The position numbers and the translations under genes were made by a program. Below, in pieces: positions 46,925 through 56,423 of a stretch of 64,000 nucleotides of DNA. The notes under the pieces were generated by a model, which made no database searches, was not told the origin of the DNA, and saw nothing but the letters and a program-made list of their open reading frames with translations. This DNA comes from a virus. The stretch's first letter is position 1; each line of letters opens with the position of its first letter. The stretch spans positions 15,832 through 79,831 of IMG/VR virus record IMGVR_UViG_3300032268_000293, one strand, 5' to 3'.

Positions 46925-47590
46925 TTATTCAGCAGTTGAGCCAGTCTCAACAGCAACGTAATATGCTAGTTCTGCGCTTGTGTTCTTAAAACGACAAATC
47001 TTCATTTTAGCAATAGTAACGTCATATGCTCCAGGAAGCATCTTAAGGTTTTCAACTTTCAGATATGCTGTAAAATTTCTATCAGTTGTACCAAGATCAA
47101 TTTCGAATTTATTACTTAGCGGATTCTTGTTGTCGAATACACGTGCAGTAACATTAGCACCATCACCAGAAATAGAAACATCGTTTACTTTCAAAATACC
47201 AGCAGAACGGATGACATGGTCTAGATCGCCTGATGTAAGTTTAAAAGAAATGTTTGTGTCATCCTCTGGGAATGCGATAGATTTGGTAGGTGCTTTCAAT
47301 GTATTAGTGTCTGCTGCTTTGTACTTGATAACATTCTTACCTTGTTTAACTTCGACGATGTCGTTATTAAATGTAAACTCTGGGTCTTCGAAGAGTGAAA
47401 CAACACCGAGGAATTCGTTTACATCATAGATACCAAAATCTTGTGGAAAAGATTCCTTTACAGTTGCTTCAGCAAAAACATTATTACCTTCGTTCTTTGT
47501 CGAAAGTTTATTACCCTGCTTAATTAGCAGATTCATGTTGATGGAGGCGAAGTTCTTCACGAGAGTTTGTGTTTCTTTAGTCAGTTTCAT
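46925..47590 (-). CDS. 45: sliding clamp gp45
   Basis: KNFASIN, FGIYDVNEFL, NLKMLPGAY, YYVAVE. Confidence 0.94.
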   Translation of the reverse strand: MKLTKETQTLVKNFASINMNLLIKQGNKLSTKNEGNNVFAEATVKESFPQDFGIYDVNEFLGVVSLFEDPEFTFNNDIVEVKQGKNVIKYKAADTNTLKAPTKSIAFPEDDTNISFKLTSGDLDHVIRSAGILKVNDVSISGDGANVTARVFDNKNPLSNKFEIDLGTTDRNFTAYLKVENLKMLPGAYDVTIAKMKICRFKNTSAELAYYVAVETGSTAE

Positions 47591-47619
47591 ATTTTCTCCT
47601 TGTCATAATATGTATAAAG

Positions 47620-47648
47620 ATTATACCGCAATTGTGTGTTTGTGTCAA
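47620..47648 (-). promoter_or_regulatory. early promoter for 45-44-62-regA
   Basis: TTGACA-N17-TATAAT. Confidence 0.85.
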
Positions 47649-48211
47649 ATAAAATTTCTACTGTTCGCGGAATGCTTTACACTCCAAGGAACATCGAAAA
47701 CGAAAGTGACTCTGTCAACAGAATCAATGTTTAATGCTGAATGTTGTTTCTTGTTATCAAACCAAAAGAACGTTCCTGGTTCAATTATATGAACTTCGCC
47801 ATCAACTTCATAACGATATCTTCCCTGAAGAGAAAGATGAAATCTATCTTTGTTGAGATAGTATGTTCCATCGTCTATGTGTTGACCAACACCATCTCCT
47901 GGTTTTAATCTGAAGAATGCTGCTCTAGCAGTTTGAGAAATACCCTGATCCCTCAACCAAAGTCGTATTTCTCTATACTTCTTGTAGAGTGGTGTCTTGT
48001 ATAAACCCTCCACATTTTTTGGATTCTGTCCTTCTGGAACAACAGCCATAACCAGAGGTAAGAACCCATATGGATTTTTATCACCACCAATATTTTTATA
48101 CGTGCTGACTGCTTGCCAATCTTGTTCATTAGCAAGAACCTTGTCTCGAATTTTACTTATGTCGAGATTCCTGTAAATAAATCTAAAATTTGATTCCAAA
48201 CAAAACTCCAA
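47645..48211 (-). CDS. Asp/Asn beta-hydroxylase-like 2OG-Fe(II) oxygenase
   Basis: QHID, RFHLSL, WFDNKKQHSA and RVTFVFD motifs. Confidence 0.8.
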   Translation of the reverse strand: MEFCLESNFRFIYRNLDISKIRDKVLANEQDWQAVSTYKNIGGDKNPYGFLPLVMAVVPEGQNPKNVEGLYKTPLYKKYREIRLWLRDQGISQTARAAFFRLKPGDGVGQHIDDGTYYLNKDRFHLSLQGRYRYEVDGEVHIIEPGTFFWFDNKKQHSALNIDSVDRVTFVFDVPWSVKHSANSRNFI

Positions 48212-48216
48212 ACAGT

Positions 48217-48555
48217 TTACTCAATACTATATTTAACATCGTGTTCATACAAAAACATCAGACAACACATCGCATGAGCCAAGTGATGCATACCAGATTC
48301 TGGGTCAATCTGTTCACCCTCTTTATATGACCACAGATGTCTTTGCATTGCGTCAAAGTATCTACGTTTTGAATCAGGAACATTCTTCCAATTATCTGGC
48401 TCATATTTCTCTGCGCCAAATGTAAGAACATCAACAGTAGCTCTCAAAGCAAGTGGAGGAAGCAAACCATATTGTGGTTTACCACCATCAAATTTACGAC
48501 CACCTGTGGTGGCATTTTGAGACTTCTTAACTTCTGATTGTAGTGGTATTGCCAT
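48217..48555 (-). CDS. DUF5664 dATP/dGTP diphosphohydrolase-like protein
   Basis: KFDGGK...GAEKY..DNW...RH...DPESGMHHLAHA. Confidence 0.85.
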   Translation of the reverse strand: MAIPLQSEVKKSQNATTGGRKFDGGKPQYGLLPPLALRATVDVLTFGAEKYEPDNWKNVPDSKRRYFDAMQRHLWSYKEGEQIDPESGMHHLAHAMCCLMFLYEHDVKYSIE

Positions 48556-48577
48556 ATCTTTCTCCAAATGAATGCAC

Positions 48578-48605
48578 AAATGAGCACTCCGAAGAATGCT
48601 CATTT
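48578..48605 (-). terminator. cUUCGg hairpin (terminator or stability element)
   Basis: AAATGAGCATTC-TTCG-GAGTGCTCATTT. Confidence 0.65.
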
Positions 48606-48618
48606 ATAACTCACTTAA

Positions 48619-48876
48619 TTAACGAGTAAATGCAGATGCACCAAGCATCTTAGTAGCCAAAGCAACCATTGCTCGTGATGGCTTGCCGAGACGGTACTTA
48701 ACTACACGCTCGCCTGTGCTCAAAGTCTTTGGATTGCTGTAGACGCAATAACCTTGTTCGCGCAAGTAATGAACAGCACGTGCAGGATTCTTGAAACCAA
48801 AAGTTCCAGTAATCTGTTTTGCTGTCAATTCTTTACCACCTTCTAGACATTGAATCAATTTTGCTGTCTTAGTCAT
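48619..48876 (-). CDS. winged-HTH-like small protein
   Basis: LTAKQI...V..LREQGY.VYSN...YRLG. Confidence 0.65.
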   Translation of the reverse strand: MTKTAKLIQCLEGGKELTAKQITGTFGFKNPARAVHYLREQGYCVYSNPKTLSTGERVVKYRLGKPSRAMVALATKMLGASAFTR

Positions 48877-48961
48877 AAATAACTCCATAAAAAAATTCAC
48901 CAATACGAAATGGGAAAATGGGATGCGCTGGTGAACACGCATCCCTCCCACAATTTAGAGA

Positions 48962-49336
48962 TTAAGAGTTAGCAACTTCTTGAATGGAAGTAACGATATC
49001 CGCTACTTCTTGGTCGTACTCAACAGCGACGTCAGAGTCGTCGATGATTTTCTCAAGACGAGTACGCTCATCAGTTGTTGCTTTCTTCGCCTTAGCAGTT
49101 GTTGCTTGAGGCATAGGAATCTGATAGACTCCACGAGAAACTTTATTTGGACCAGTCAACCAGTTGGGGAAACCAACCTTATCACCACCAGCATCACGTT
49201 TCTCATTGAGAACCCAGTAAAGGGACTCAATCTGTTTACGAGTGGCAGTACCAGTCTTAGCGATAGATGGGTCTTCTTTAAGAATAGCATCAACGAAACG
49301 CTTTTGGGCTTTGGTTAAATCAGAATATTTCAACAT
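48962..49336 (-). CDS. hypothetical protein
   Basis: First ORF after the promoter at 49373. Confidence 0.7.
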   Translation of the reverse strand: MLKYSDLTKAQKRFVDAILKEDPSIAKTGTATRKQIESLYWVLNEKRDAGGDKVGFPNWLTGPNKVSRGVYQIPMPQATTAKAKKATTDERTRLEKIIDDSDVAVEYDQEVADIVTSIQEVANS

Positions 49337-49372
49337 AATAATTTCCTTTCGGTTTTCAAGTTTACAATCAAT

Positions 49373-49401
49373 ATTATACTATAATTTACTATTTTTGTCA
49401 A
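49373..49401 (-). promoter_or_regulatory. early promoter
   Basis: TTGACA-N17-TATAAT. Confidence 0.85.
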
Positions 49402-49408
49402 ACACTTT

Positions 49409-50560
49409 TTAGGACGGGATCTCACCATCTACAGATTGTTCGGTTACATCCTGAACAGGTGCGGGTCCCACCTCCGCATTTGGGTCTGCCGAAACTTTGT
49501 CGAACAGATCCAAAAACGCATCTTTCGTCAACGGATCGAAACGATTGATAGCAAGATTCACTGACTTACGCTTGTCTTTGTAGATCGAAAAGTTCTTAAC
49601 GATATGAACCAAACGACGAGTCGTAATCACTTCATCAACACCACCATCCTCGAACGTGCGACGAATAGCATCTGCCCATTTAACGAGAGTAGCAGCAAAC
49701 TCGCCATCAAGGCAGTTATACTTCTGCATCAGATTCGTGACAATCTTCGTCTCAATCTTAGCGGAAGGATAATCTTGTTCAAATACAACAGCGAATCGCT
49801 CCAAGAATGCTTCGTTCAACACGTTGGTGCCGATATAGCGACCATCGTCTGAACCCTTACCCTTGGTGTTCGCAGTTGCGAAAATATTGAATCCTGCTTG
49901 AGGATAAACAATTTCATTCTTGGCTTTGATGTAGTAGGGTTTACCTTCAAGAATACCCTGCAAGCACATCAGCAAGTTGGCTGAACCAGCATCAATCTCA
50001 TCAACGAGAATAGGAATACCACGACGCATAGCAACAACCATCGGACCATCTTCAACGACAACGTTACCATCGATCAGAGTCTTAGACGCAATCAGTTTAT
50101 CTTCGTCATCAGTGCTGTTCAAGTTCACACGGATGAGAGGAATCTTATGCTTTGCGCAAATCTGCTCAATCATAGTTGACTTACCGTTACCAGTCGGACC
50201 AGTCACATAGACAGGGTGGAACAGGCGACTAGTGATAATCTTGTCGAGATCGGAGTGATTACCCCACGCAACGTAAGAAGGATCGACAAGGGGAGCAGCA
50301 ACTTCTGCTTCAGTTACATAGACAGGTTTACGCACATCACTCTCAATTTCTTGCGGAACAATTTTAGCAACAGCACCACCACCAGCGATAGCATAAAGAC
50401 CACGACCAACTTTATTGTTCATGAGCCAAGTAGGATATTTTGCGGTACCGAGAGCATCCATCGTGCTCATAATTTGCTGTCGACTCACAACACCTGACGA
50501 CTGAACATCAGGAAACATTTCGAACAGTTTGGTTTCAAAGACTTGCTGATTCATAATCAC
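49409..50560 (-). CDS. MoxR/CobS-like AAA+ ATPase
   Basis: GPTGNGKS, VDEID, ATANTKG, NEAFLERF. Confidence 0.92.
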   Translation of the reverse strand: MIMNQQVFETKLFEMFPDVQSSGVVSRQQIMSTMDALGTAKYPTWLMNNKVGRGLYAIAGGGAVAKIVPQEIESDVRKPVYVTEAEVAAPLVDPSYVAWGNHSDLDKIITSRLFHPVYVTGPTGNGKSTMIEQICAKHKIPLIRVNLNSTDDEDKLIASKTLIDGNVVVEDGPMVVAMRRGIPILVDEIDAGSANLLMCLQGILEGKPYYIKAKNEIVYPQAGFNIFATANTKGKGSDDGRYIGTNVLNEAFLERFAVVFEQDYPSAKIETKIVTNLMQKYNCLDGEFAATLVKWADAIRRTFEDGGVDEVITTRRLVHIVKNFSIYKDKRKSVNLAINRFDPLTKDAFLDLFDKVSADPNAEVGPAPVQDVTEQSVDGEIPS

Positions 50561-50581
50561 CTTTCATCATAATATAGATCA

Positions 50582-50610
50582 ATTATACAATAATTCTCAA
50601 TTAATGTCAA
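50582..50610 (-). promoter_or_regulatory. early promoter
   Basis: TTGACA-N17-TATAAT. Confidence 0.85.
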
Positions 50611-50615
50611 ACAGT

Positions 50616-51080
50616 TTACCAAGAAGATTGGTAATAAAAATCTGACTTTTCGAACGCAGGGTCGCTGAGGATTTTCTTAAAACGATCAACAGTAAACTGA
50701 ATATCACCCATGTAAAATTCATCATACTCAGTTGAACCGAAGAAAAACCCACTGCGAGTTGGCATCAATTCAATTGCTTGTTTCGGCTCAGCGATAATTT
50801 GCTCACAGAGTTTCAACAACTCCTGCAGTTGCTCACGTGAAACATGATATTCGCCACAGTCATCTGTGCCATTCTGCACGTTGTCAACAAACCACTGATG
50901 AATCGCATTTGCTTTGCGCCAGTAGGCAACACGGAAAGTTACTTCCTGAGCACCATAATCACCATCCTCATCGCCTTCAACACCGAACAGTTCGTTGATA
51001 GAATTGATTCGCTGGGAATCTTTCTCATCAAAATAACGACTCATGTATTTTTTGGCTGACAAGTACATATCCAAACCCAT
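50616..51080 (-). CDS. conserved phage protein
   Basis: MGLDMYL...YWRKANAIHQWF...GFFFGS...YYQSSW. Confidence 0.8.
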   Translation of the reverse strand: MGLDMYLSAKKYMSRYFDEKDSQRINSINELFGVEGDEDGDYGAQEVTFRVAYWRKANAIHQWFVDNVQNGTDDCGEYHVSREQLQELLKLCEQIIAEPKQAIELMPTRSGFFFGSTEYDEFYMGDIQFTVDRFKKILSDPAFEKSDFYYQSSW

Positions 51081-51091
51081 AGCAATTCTCC

Positions 51092-51466
51092 TTACGCTAC
51101 TTTACGAAAATAACCATACGACAAACCGAGCAAAAAGCACAGGTATTCGTCATCACCATCACTGCCTTCTGCTTCGTGAACCCAGCGCAATGCTTGTTCG
51201 CGAGACTTGGCACCACACATCATGAGATTCAGCATACGCATCTCGAAGTCATGCGAAGCACGATCTTCGTCGATTTGACGCTGTTTCTCGTTGCGCTCAA
51301 TTTCAGAGCAGCACAACTCAAGTTGTTCCTTGAGTTCTTCAACAGTCATTACTGACATGTTCATAAAACGAGGGCGAACACCATGCGCATCTTTATACGC
51401 ATCCCACAAAGAGCACTCAAGTTGCTCTTTCTCAGACATTTCTTCCCAAGACTTAAATTCGCTCAT
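51092..51466 (-). CDS. conserved phage early protein
   Basis: WDAYKDAHGVRPR motif; likely start MSEFKS. Confidence 0.7.
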   Translation of the reverse strand: MSEFKSWEEMSEKEQLECSLWDAYKDAHGVRPRFMNMSVMTVEELKEQLELCCSEIERNEKQRQIDEDRASHDFEMRMLNLMMCGAKSREQALRWVHEAEGSDGDDEYLCFLLGLSYGYFRKVA

Positions 51467-51499
51467 TTTTTCAGTTCCATTTTCAATCATCATAGAATA

Positions 51500-51565
51500 A
51501 TTATACGTCCAAACCGAATATTTGTCAAGCAATTCGAAAAATAACCCTACAAGTCGTAGGGGATT
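51500..51565 (-). promoter_or_regulatory. early promoter with upstream palindrome
   Basis: TTGACA-N17-TATAAT at 51500-51528; palindrome at 51540-51565. Confidence 0.8.
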
Positions 51566-51596
51566 GGTAAATTATTGATTTTTAAGGAAAAAAACG

Positions 51597-51640
51597 GAAA
51601 AAAAGGGTCTCCAAACCGAAAAAATCGGCTCGGAGACCTT
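51597..51640 (-). terminator. Rho-independent terminator
   Basis: AAGGTCTCCGAGCCGA-TTTT-TTCGGTTTGGAGACCC followed by a T run. Confidence 0.75.
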
Positions 51641-51648
51641 CAAGGTCG

Positions 51649-53949
51649 TCAAGCGACGACGCCAACAAACCTATTCAGAAGGATTCGGCTGGTTTTTTTC
51701 GCCGATAGGTGCTTTGTGAACTGTTTTGCGATCGCTGCAGCAGTCATTTTAGTCATATCCTCATTCAATTCCTCTTCAGCGACCTTGTGGTCAGCTTTCA
51801 GAAGGAAAAGTTCGTCATGACCAAAGACTTTTAGACCAGTGAACCCTTCTTTAATCATATCACGACGAGCATCGTAAACAATTTGGTCATTTGTTGACAG
51901 ATCGTAAGTCGCCATTGCGTAATTGATATCACGAGCACGTTTATCAGTGACATGGAAACCAATCGTACCGCAGTCATAACGATCTTTGATAAGTTGAGTA
52001 AGCATATTACCCCACTGAGTGTTGTTATCGATAGAATACACTTTCTTGGTAACAGGACAACGCAAGAAACGAACAAGACGGATTTTCTTATTACCATCCC
52101 AATCATAAGAACCATGCATACTCACAGTTCTACTACCGTAACGTTGTTCCATCTCAGTCGCAGTGCTATCGACAACTTTATTATAGTGGTTGACACGACC
52201 ACCATCGCCATCGGTCAATTTAATCAATGTAAACTTCTCAATATGATTAACACGAACAAACTTCTCGCTATAATCATACAAGAAACCAAGTGCTTCGTTC
52301 AGAGGTGTTCCACTCAAATTATAACCATCAGCACAAAAGCCACGAGACATAGAAAACAGAGTTCTACACATTTTTTGTAGATCGGTATTCGTCATCTTAT
52401 GACTAAAGAACTCGATAAGATTAAAATTAGTTTCAAGACCAAGTGTGTGCTCAGCTTGTTTAGATACTTCATTTTGATGACGAATTCGACGCAAATAAAC
52501 TTCCTCATCAGTCATACCTGCGTTGCGCACAGTACTATCATCGGTAAAGGCAAACACTTGGAACGGTATTTTAACACGATGGCAGAATAACACCAACGAA
52601 ATAAGTTGCTTGACCGTATCGTTGATGTAATCATACATCGAACCAGACCAATCAAGAATAAACAACATACCGTGTTTCTTACCATCCTTCGTGATAGCAA
52701 TAGACTTGAACAAATCTTCACGGATTTTAAATTGAGCCAACTTGCGAGTGTCAAGAACACCAGACTTAGCGATCTGAACACGTTTGTAGTCAGTTGCTGC
52801 TTTGCGCATCTCAAACTCTTTCACAAGATAAGCAACGACACGTTGTGTCTCAACCATGAAAGTATCAAAGTCGCCATTTAACTCTTTAGAGTAATGAGAT
52901 AGCATATCAACACGATGTTGATACCCAGATTCCACTGCTTTCTGAATTGTGGTTTCAATTGAGTTCTGATTATCAACAAGGACTTTCTTGTAAGGGATGA
53001 TAATATCATTTTCAAAAGAACCCAGACGCACCATATCAATGTAAGTATAGCGAGTGTTTACGTCAGCGGACTCAGCCAACTTTTCCTCGAACGAACGCAT
53101 CGTGATTGGGTCAAGTGGAGTGTCATCGTTGCGAACATTATCCGCATCAGTACCAGCACCACGACCAGTGTAATCATCGCGATCGTTACGCTCTTCATCT
53201 TTCTTTTCTTCTTCGACACCTTCATATTCATGGCGATTGGTCTCATCATCCATGGTATCATAATCATCGCCGAAGTCTTCGTTGTCGAAGTCAAGTTGTT
53301 CGTCTTCTTCCTGCTCTTGCTGACGTTCTTGCATCATGCGTTTAAAATCTTCGTCATTCGACAACTGTTTCAACAGATCCTGTTTTTGTTTCTTAGTGTA
53401 ATCGAAAACTTTACGAGCAAGGGTAACTACATCATCAATAGACTCGAGACGTGCGACTTGGTCAACCAGATATTTCTCAGCTGGTGTAAACTTCACACCA
53501 CAGTCAAACCCTGCTTTGTAGTACAGATTAATTTTATCAATCAGTTGCAGTTTGTTGACATCGTGCTTAGACAACTCAAAGAAATCTCGCTCATTCAGTT
53601 GCTTGTAACCTTTGTTGAAAACAGTACGCAGTCCAGGATACTTACGTTTCATCAACTTCTCAATACGAGCATCTTCAAGAACATTACAGAAACCATGGGG
53701 GATACCCTTGCGTTCTTCGTTTTGTTTGGCTTTTTCGAAGATGCTATAATCGGTATAGAGAGCATGAGCAACTTCGTGTGCTTTGAGCATCTCCTCAATC
53801 TCGGGAGTCATGTTTTGCCATTGCGGCAAAGTCAGCACACGATTAACCACATCGAATGATGCAGTAGAGACAGGTGCTCGCTGAATCAACAGGTTTTCCT
53901 GAGCAAGCAAGCGAGTAGTAATATCGTTAGTTTGAAATTGTTGGGTCAT
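51649..53949 (-). CDS. CobT-like protein: HExxH domain, acidic linker, vWA domain
   Basis: HEVAHAL, NVLEDARIE, MIDAS DWSGSM, GTPL, LTDG. Confidence 0.85.
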   Translation of the reverse strand: MTQQFQTNDITTRLLAQENLLIQRAPVSTASFDVVNRVLTLPQWQNMTPEIEEMLKAHEVAHALYTDYSIFEKAKQNEERKGIPHGFCNVLEDARIEKLMKRKYPGLRTVFNKGYKQLNERDFFELSKHDVNKLQLIDKINLYYKAGFDCGVKFTPAEKYLVDQVARLESIDDVVTLARKVFDYTKKQKQDLLKQLSNDEDFKRMMQERQQEQEEDEQLDFDNEDFGDDYDTMDDETNRHEYEGVEEEKKDEERNDRDDYTGRGAGTDADNVRNDDTPLDPITMRSFEEKLAESADVNTRYTYIDMVRLGSFENDIIIPYKKVLVDNQNSIETTIQKAVESGYQHRVDMLSHYSKELNGDFDTFMVETQRVVAYLVKEFEMRKAATDYKRVQIAKSGVLDTRKLAQFKIREDLFKSIAITKDGKKHGMLFILDWSGSMYDYINDTVKQLISLVLFCHRVKIPFQVFAFTDDSTVRNAGMTDEEVYLRRIRHQNEVSKQAEHTLGLETNFNLIEFFSHKMTNTDLQKMCRTLFSMSRGFCADGYNLSGTPLNEALGFLYDYSEKFVRVNHIEKFTLIKLTDGDGGRVNHYNKVVDSTATEMEQRYGSRTVSMHGSYDWDGNKKIRLVRFLRCPVTKKVYSIDNNTQWGNMLTQLIKDRYDCGTIGFHVTDKRARDINYAMATYDLSTNDQIVYDARRDMIKEGFTGLKVFGHDELFLLKADHKVAEEELNEDMTKMTAAAIAKQFTKHLSAKKTSRILLNRFVGVVA

Positions 53950-53982
53950 AGTTTTATTTAGAATTCAAGTTTCGATAGAGTA

Positions 53983-54011
53983 ATTATACACTGATTTTGA
54001 TTAAATGTCAA
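53983..54011 (-). promoter_or_regulatory. early promoter
   Basis: TTGACA-N17-TATAAT. Confidence 0.85.
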
Positions 54012-54273
54012 TCAACGACTGCAGTCTTCGTTTCGCATGGGAGACACCACCCATTTTCTCACCATTGATTCGAATATTGCGACCAGAGATAATCAGCTGC
54101 AAATTCGGAGCAGTATACGTATAAGTCAACTGTCCTCTGACTTGCGACTTCTCTCTAGTGTAATTAAAACCACCAAAGAACAAAGTGTCTCGCAGTTCTT
54201 CGCTGGCCATCTTAGCGAGAAAGGAATTATGCGCCATAGTAAAGAGCATCCTCATCGTATGATTGGCAAGCAT
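54001..54273 (-). CDS. hypothetical protein
   Basis: True start probably MAHNSF. Confidence 0.55.
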   Translation of the reverse strand: MLANHTMRMLFTMAHNSFLAKMASEELRDTLFFGGFNYTREKSQVRGQLTYTYTAPNLQLIISGRNIRINGEKMGGVSHAKRRLQSLIDI

Positions 54274-54424
54274 ACAACATGTTCATATGCTCAGCAAACA
54301 ACTGGTCAAGTGTTTCTTCTTCAAGCTGACTCAAGTAATCAGACATTCGCTGAGCAGCATTCTCAGCAGCAATTTCACAGCAAACTTCATTTACGTCATC
54401 AATCGTCATTATATATTTCTCCAT
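54227..54424 (-). CDS. small acidic protein
   Basis: Follows the promoter at 54450; ends SYDEDALYYG. Confidence 0.55.
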   Translation of the reverse strand: MEKYIMTIDDVNEVCCEIAAENAAQRMSDYLSQLEEETLDQLFAEHMNMLYACQSYDEDALYYGA

Positions 54425-54449
54425 GTTCTAGGACAAACCTTACATAGTA

Positions 54450-54477
54450 ATTATACTGGTTTTTGAATTAATGTCAA
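54450..54477 (-). promoter_or_regulatory. early promoter
   Basis: TTGACA-N16-TATAAT. Confidence 0.7.
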
Positions 54478-54478
54478 A

Positions 54479-55159
54479 TTAATTTTTCACGAAACCAGAA
54501 GTGTCTTTCTTCGCTTTACCTTTGGCTTTGAGACCCACAATCACATTCTTCGGATCCAAGAAACGAAGATCGGTATCATCGCCATTAACAACTGTTCGTC
54601 CGATATATGTCTCTGGAACTGTTCGGAAAACAGCAGCAACATTCATACCAGAAGATGCAGCCAGACGAGTATCCATGTCGTTACCATCAGCAGCAGAGAA
54701 AGTCAGGTGGTAGTTCTTTAGACTAGCAACTTTGCGATTGCGCATTTTCGTGTAGTCATAGAACTGAACCTGCGGAAACTTCTCGATGATACCATACTTT
54801 TCCCAAGCAATGTCGCTGGTACCATTAAGACGGAAGCAAGGAATCAACCCTTTCTTCTCTGCTTGTTTGATGCCGAGTTTGATATCTGCTTCGAGATCAA
54901 CAAGAAACTGTTCGCGACTCTCAAAGAACATGCGAGTTTTACGTTTGCGTGCTTCTTGAATCATGTTGGTGGTTTCACCTTTCTTGAACATGCCACCACG
55001 ACCAGCTGTATTCAGACAAGCAGAAGTGCAACCAGCAGTACGTTTTGGGCAGGTCTCGTAACCAGACACATCGGCAGGGGACAGGTGAAGGACGAAAGAC
55101 ATGTAACCTTTCTTTTCGCCTTTGAGCAGTTTCGGATTACCAGTAGAAAGTAATTTCAT
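54479..55159 (-). CDS. Gp88-like Cys-rich (radical-SAM-like) protein
   Basis: CPKRTAGCTSACL, RLNGTSDI, QFYDYTK, GD.TDLRFLD. Confidence 0.8.
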   Translation of the reverse strand: MKLLSTGNPKLLKGEKKGYMSFVLHLSPADVSGYETCPKRTAGCTSACLNTAGRGGMFKKGETTNMIQEARKRKTRMFFESREQFLVDLEADIKLGIKQAEKKGLIPCFRLNGTSDIAWEKYGIIEKFPQVQFYDYTKMRNRKVASLKNYHLTFSAADGNDMDTRLAASSGMNVAAVFRTVPETYIGRTVVNGDDTDLRFLDPKNVIVGLKAKGKAKKDTSGFVKN

Positions 55160-55168
55160 GTTATCTCC

Positions 55169-55405
55169 TCAAACAGTTCTGCAGAACCAACCATTGCGCT
55201 CAATTTTACGCTTGGCTGACATCATCGTTTTACGGAAAGACATAAACTCGGGAGTCGGATCAGCATTGATACCACCGAGAGCCATCATAGCCAACAGAGC
55301 AGCATCACGTTTGGCATAAGTTTCGACAGCATGCAGAGGAATCAACACTTGACGAGCCGAACCATTGGCATCTTTAAACACAGGGCTGGTATACAGAACC
55401 TTCAT
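55169..55405 (-). CDS. hypothetical protein
   Basis: Likely start MKVLYTSP after the promoter. Confidence 0.6.
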   Translation of the reverse strand: MKVLYTSPVFKDANGSARQVLIPLHAVETYAKRDAALLAMMALGGINADPTPEFMSFRKTMMSAKRKIERNGWFCRTV

Positions 55406-55435
55406 TTCGTTTTCCTTTTTAATCATCATAAGATA

Positions 55436-55502
55436 ATTATACATGAAATTCGAATTATTGTCAATACCCCAAAAAAATACCCCTACAAAGCGTAGGGGTA
55501 TT
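55436..55502 (-). promoter_or_regulatory. early promoter with perfect upstream palindrome
   Basis: TTGACA-N17-TATAAT; AATACCCCTAC-AAAGC-GTAGGGGTATT at 55476-55502. Confidence 0.85.
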
Positions 55503-55539
55503 TGGATCCTTATTGGATGGGGGCTGTAGGGGCGAAAAT

Positions 55540-55986
55540 TTAGAGTTTTTCCATGATGGTTTTGTGTTTCATGTCTTCGCCAAATGAAAGATTCTCATAG
55601 AACATCCTCACCAACCCTTTACGAGCAAGGGATACACCACAGATAATCATTGTCATGGCATTTGTTGCTTCATGTAAATCGTTGTCATCTGTTATGACCA
55701 ACCCCTCGGCAGTCATGAGCATCATGGTCAGAAGAATCAGATTCTCCATTGCATCTTCATCGTTCTCAGTATTATTGACCATCTCAATAAGTTCTTGAAT
55801 ACTACGATCGCTGGCATTCTTAAAGAAATCGCCAAGAGACAAGTATGGTGCTTTAATTAGATCAAAGGCAAGAAGTCTGATTGTTGCGGGAAGATGAGCC
55901 GAACTAGCGACCTGTTCGAAGTTTACATGGTACTCATTACTATCATCATATTCAAGTTTTAATTCCATCGATCCAGTCCTCCGCAT
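55540..55986 (-). CDS. hypothetical protein
   Basis: 148-aa ORF. Confidence 0.6.
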   Translation of the reverse strand: MRRTGSMELKLEYDDSNEYHVNFEQVASSAHLPATIRLLAFDLIKAPYLSLGDFFKNASDRSIQELIEMVNNTENDEDAMENLILLTMMLMTAEGLVITDDNDLHEATNAMTMIICGVSLARKGLVRMFYENLSFGEDMKHKTIMEKL

Positions 55987-56185
55987 AGTCTTCCGCTTCT
56001 TGTTGAGAAGTAAACATTGTTACAAACCATGTACCGAATTCAGATTTTACTCTTACGTAATAATTGCCTGTTTCGGTTTCTTTCTCAACGAGAGATTCTC
56101 GTTTACTATTTTCAGCGAAGTACTGGGAAAGAATAACTCTGTTATCCATATATTCTCCAGCTGTTATAAATTTAAGATCGTTCAT
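55952..56185 (-). CDS. hypothetical protein
   Basis: Ends AEDYAEDWI. Confidence 0.55.
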   Translation of the reverse strand: MNDLKFITAGEYMDNRVILSQYFAENSKRESLVEKETETGNYYVRVKSEFGTWFVTMFTSQQEAEDYAEDWIDGIKT

Positions 56186-56423
56186 TTTTTAACCACTCAT
56201 GCGCTTCAGTGTCACTGTCAAAATATGGACTTATAACTTTGTGTTTTTCATTCACCCAGAAGTAAGTATATGTATGCATACCTGCATCTCTGTATTTTAT
56301 CAGTTCTATTTTTTGTTCCATGAAGAGTGATGTCCCTTATTCAGAATGACTCCATTCCAAATCATATTTAGAGCAACACGGATTTGTTTAACCGCATGCT
56401 CCCAGTAGTATTGACGATACGTC

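Noticed and set aside
48217-48555. Z-genome (2-aminoadenine) pathway
   Set aside because: No PurZ or DatZ in the window; DUF5664 alone is insufficient.
49409-53949. Cobalamin biosynthesis (cobS/cobT)
   Set aside because: Generic MoxR/vWA pair; no other cob genes.
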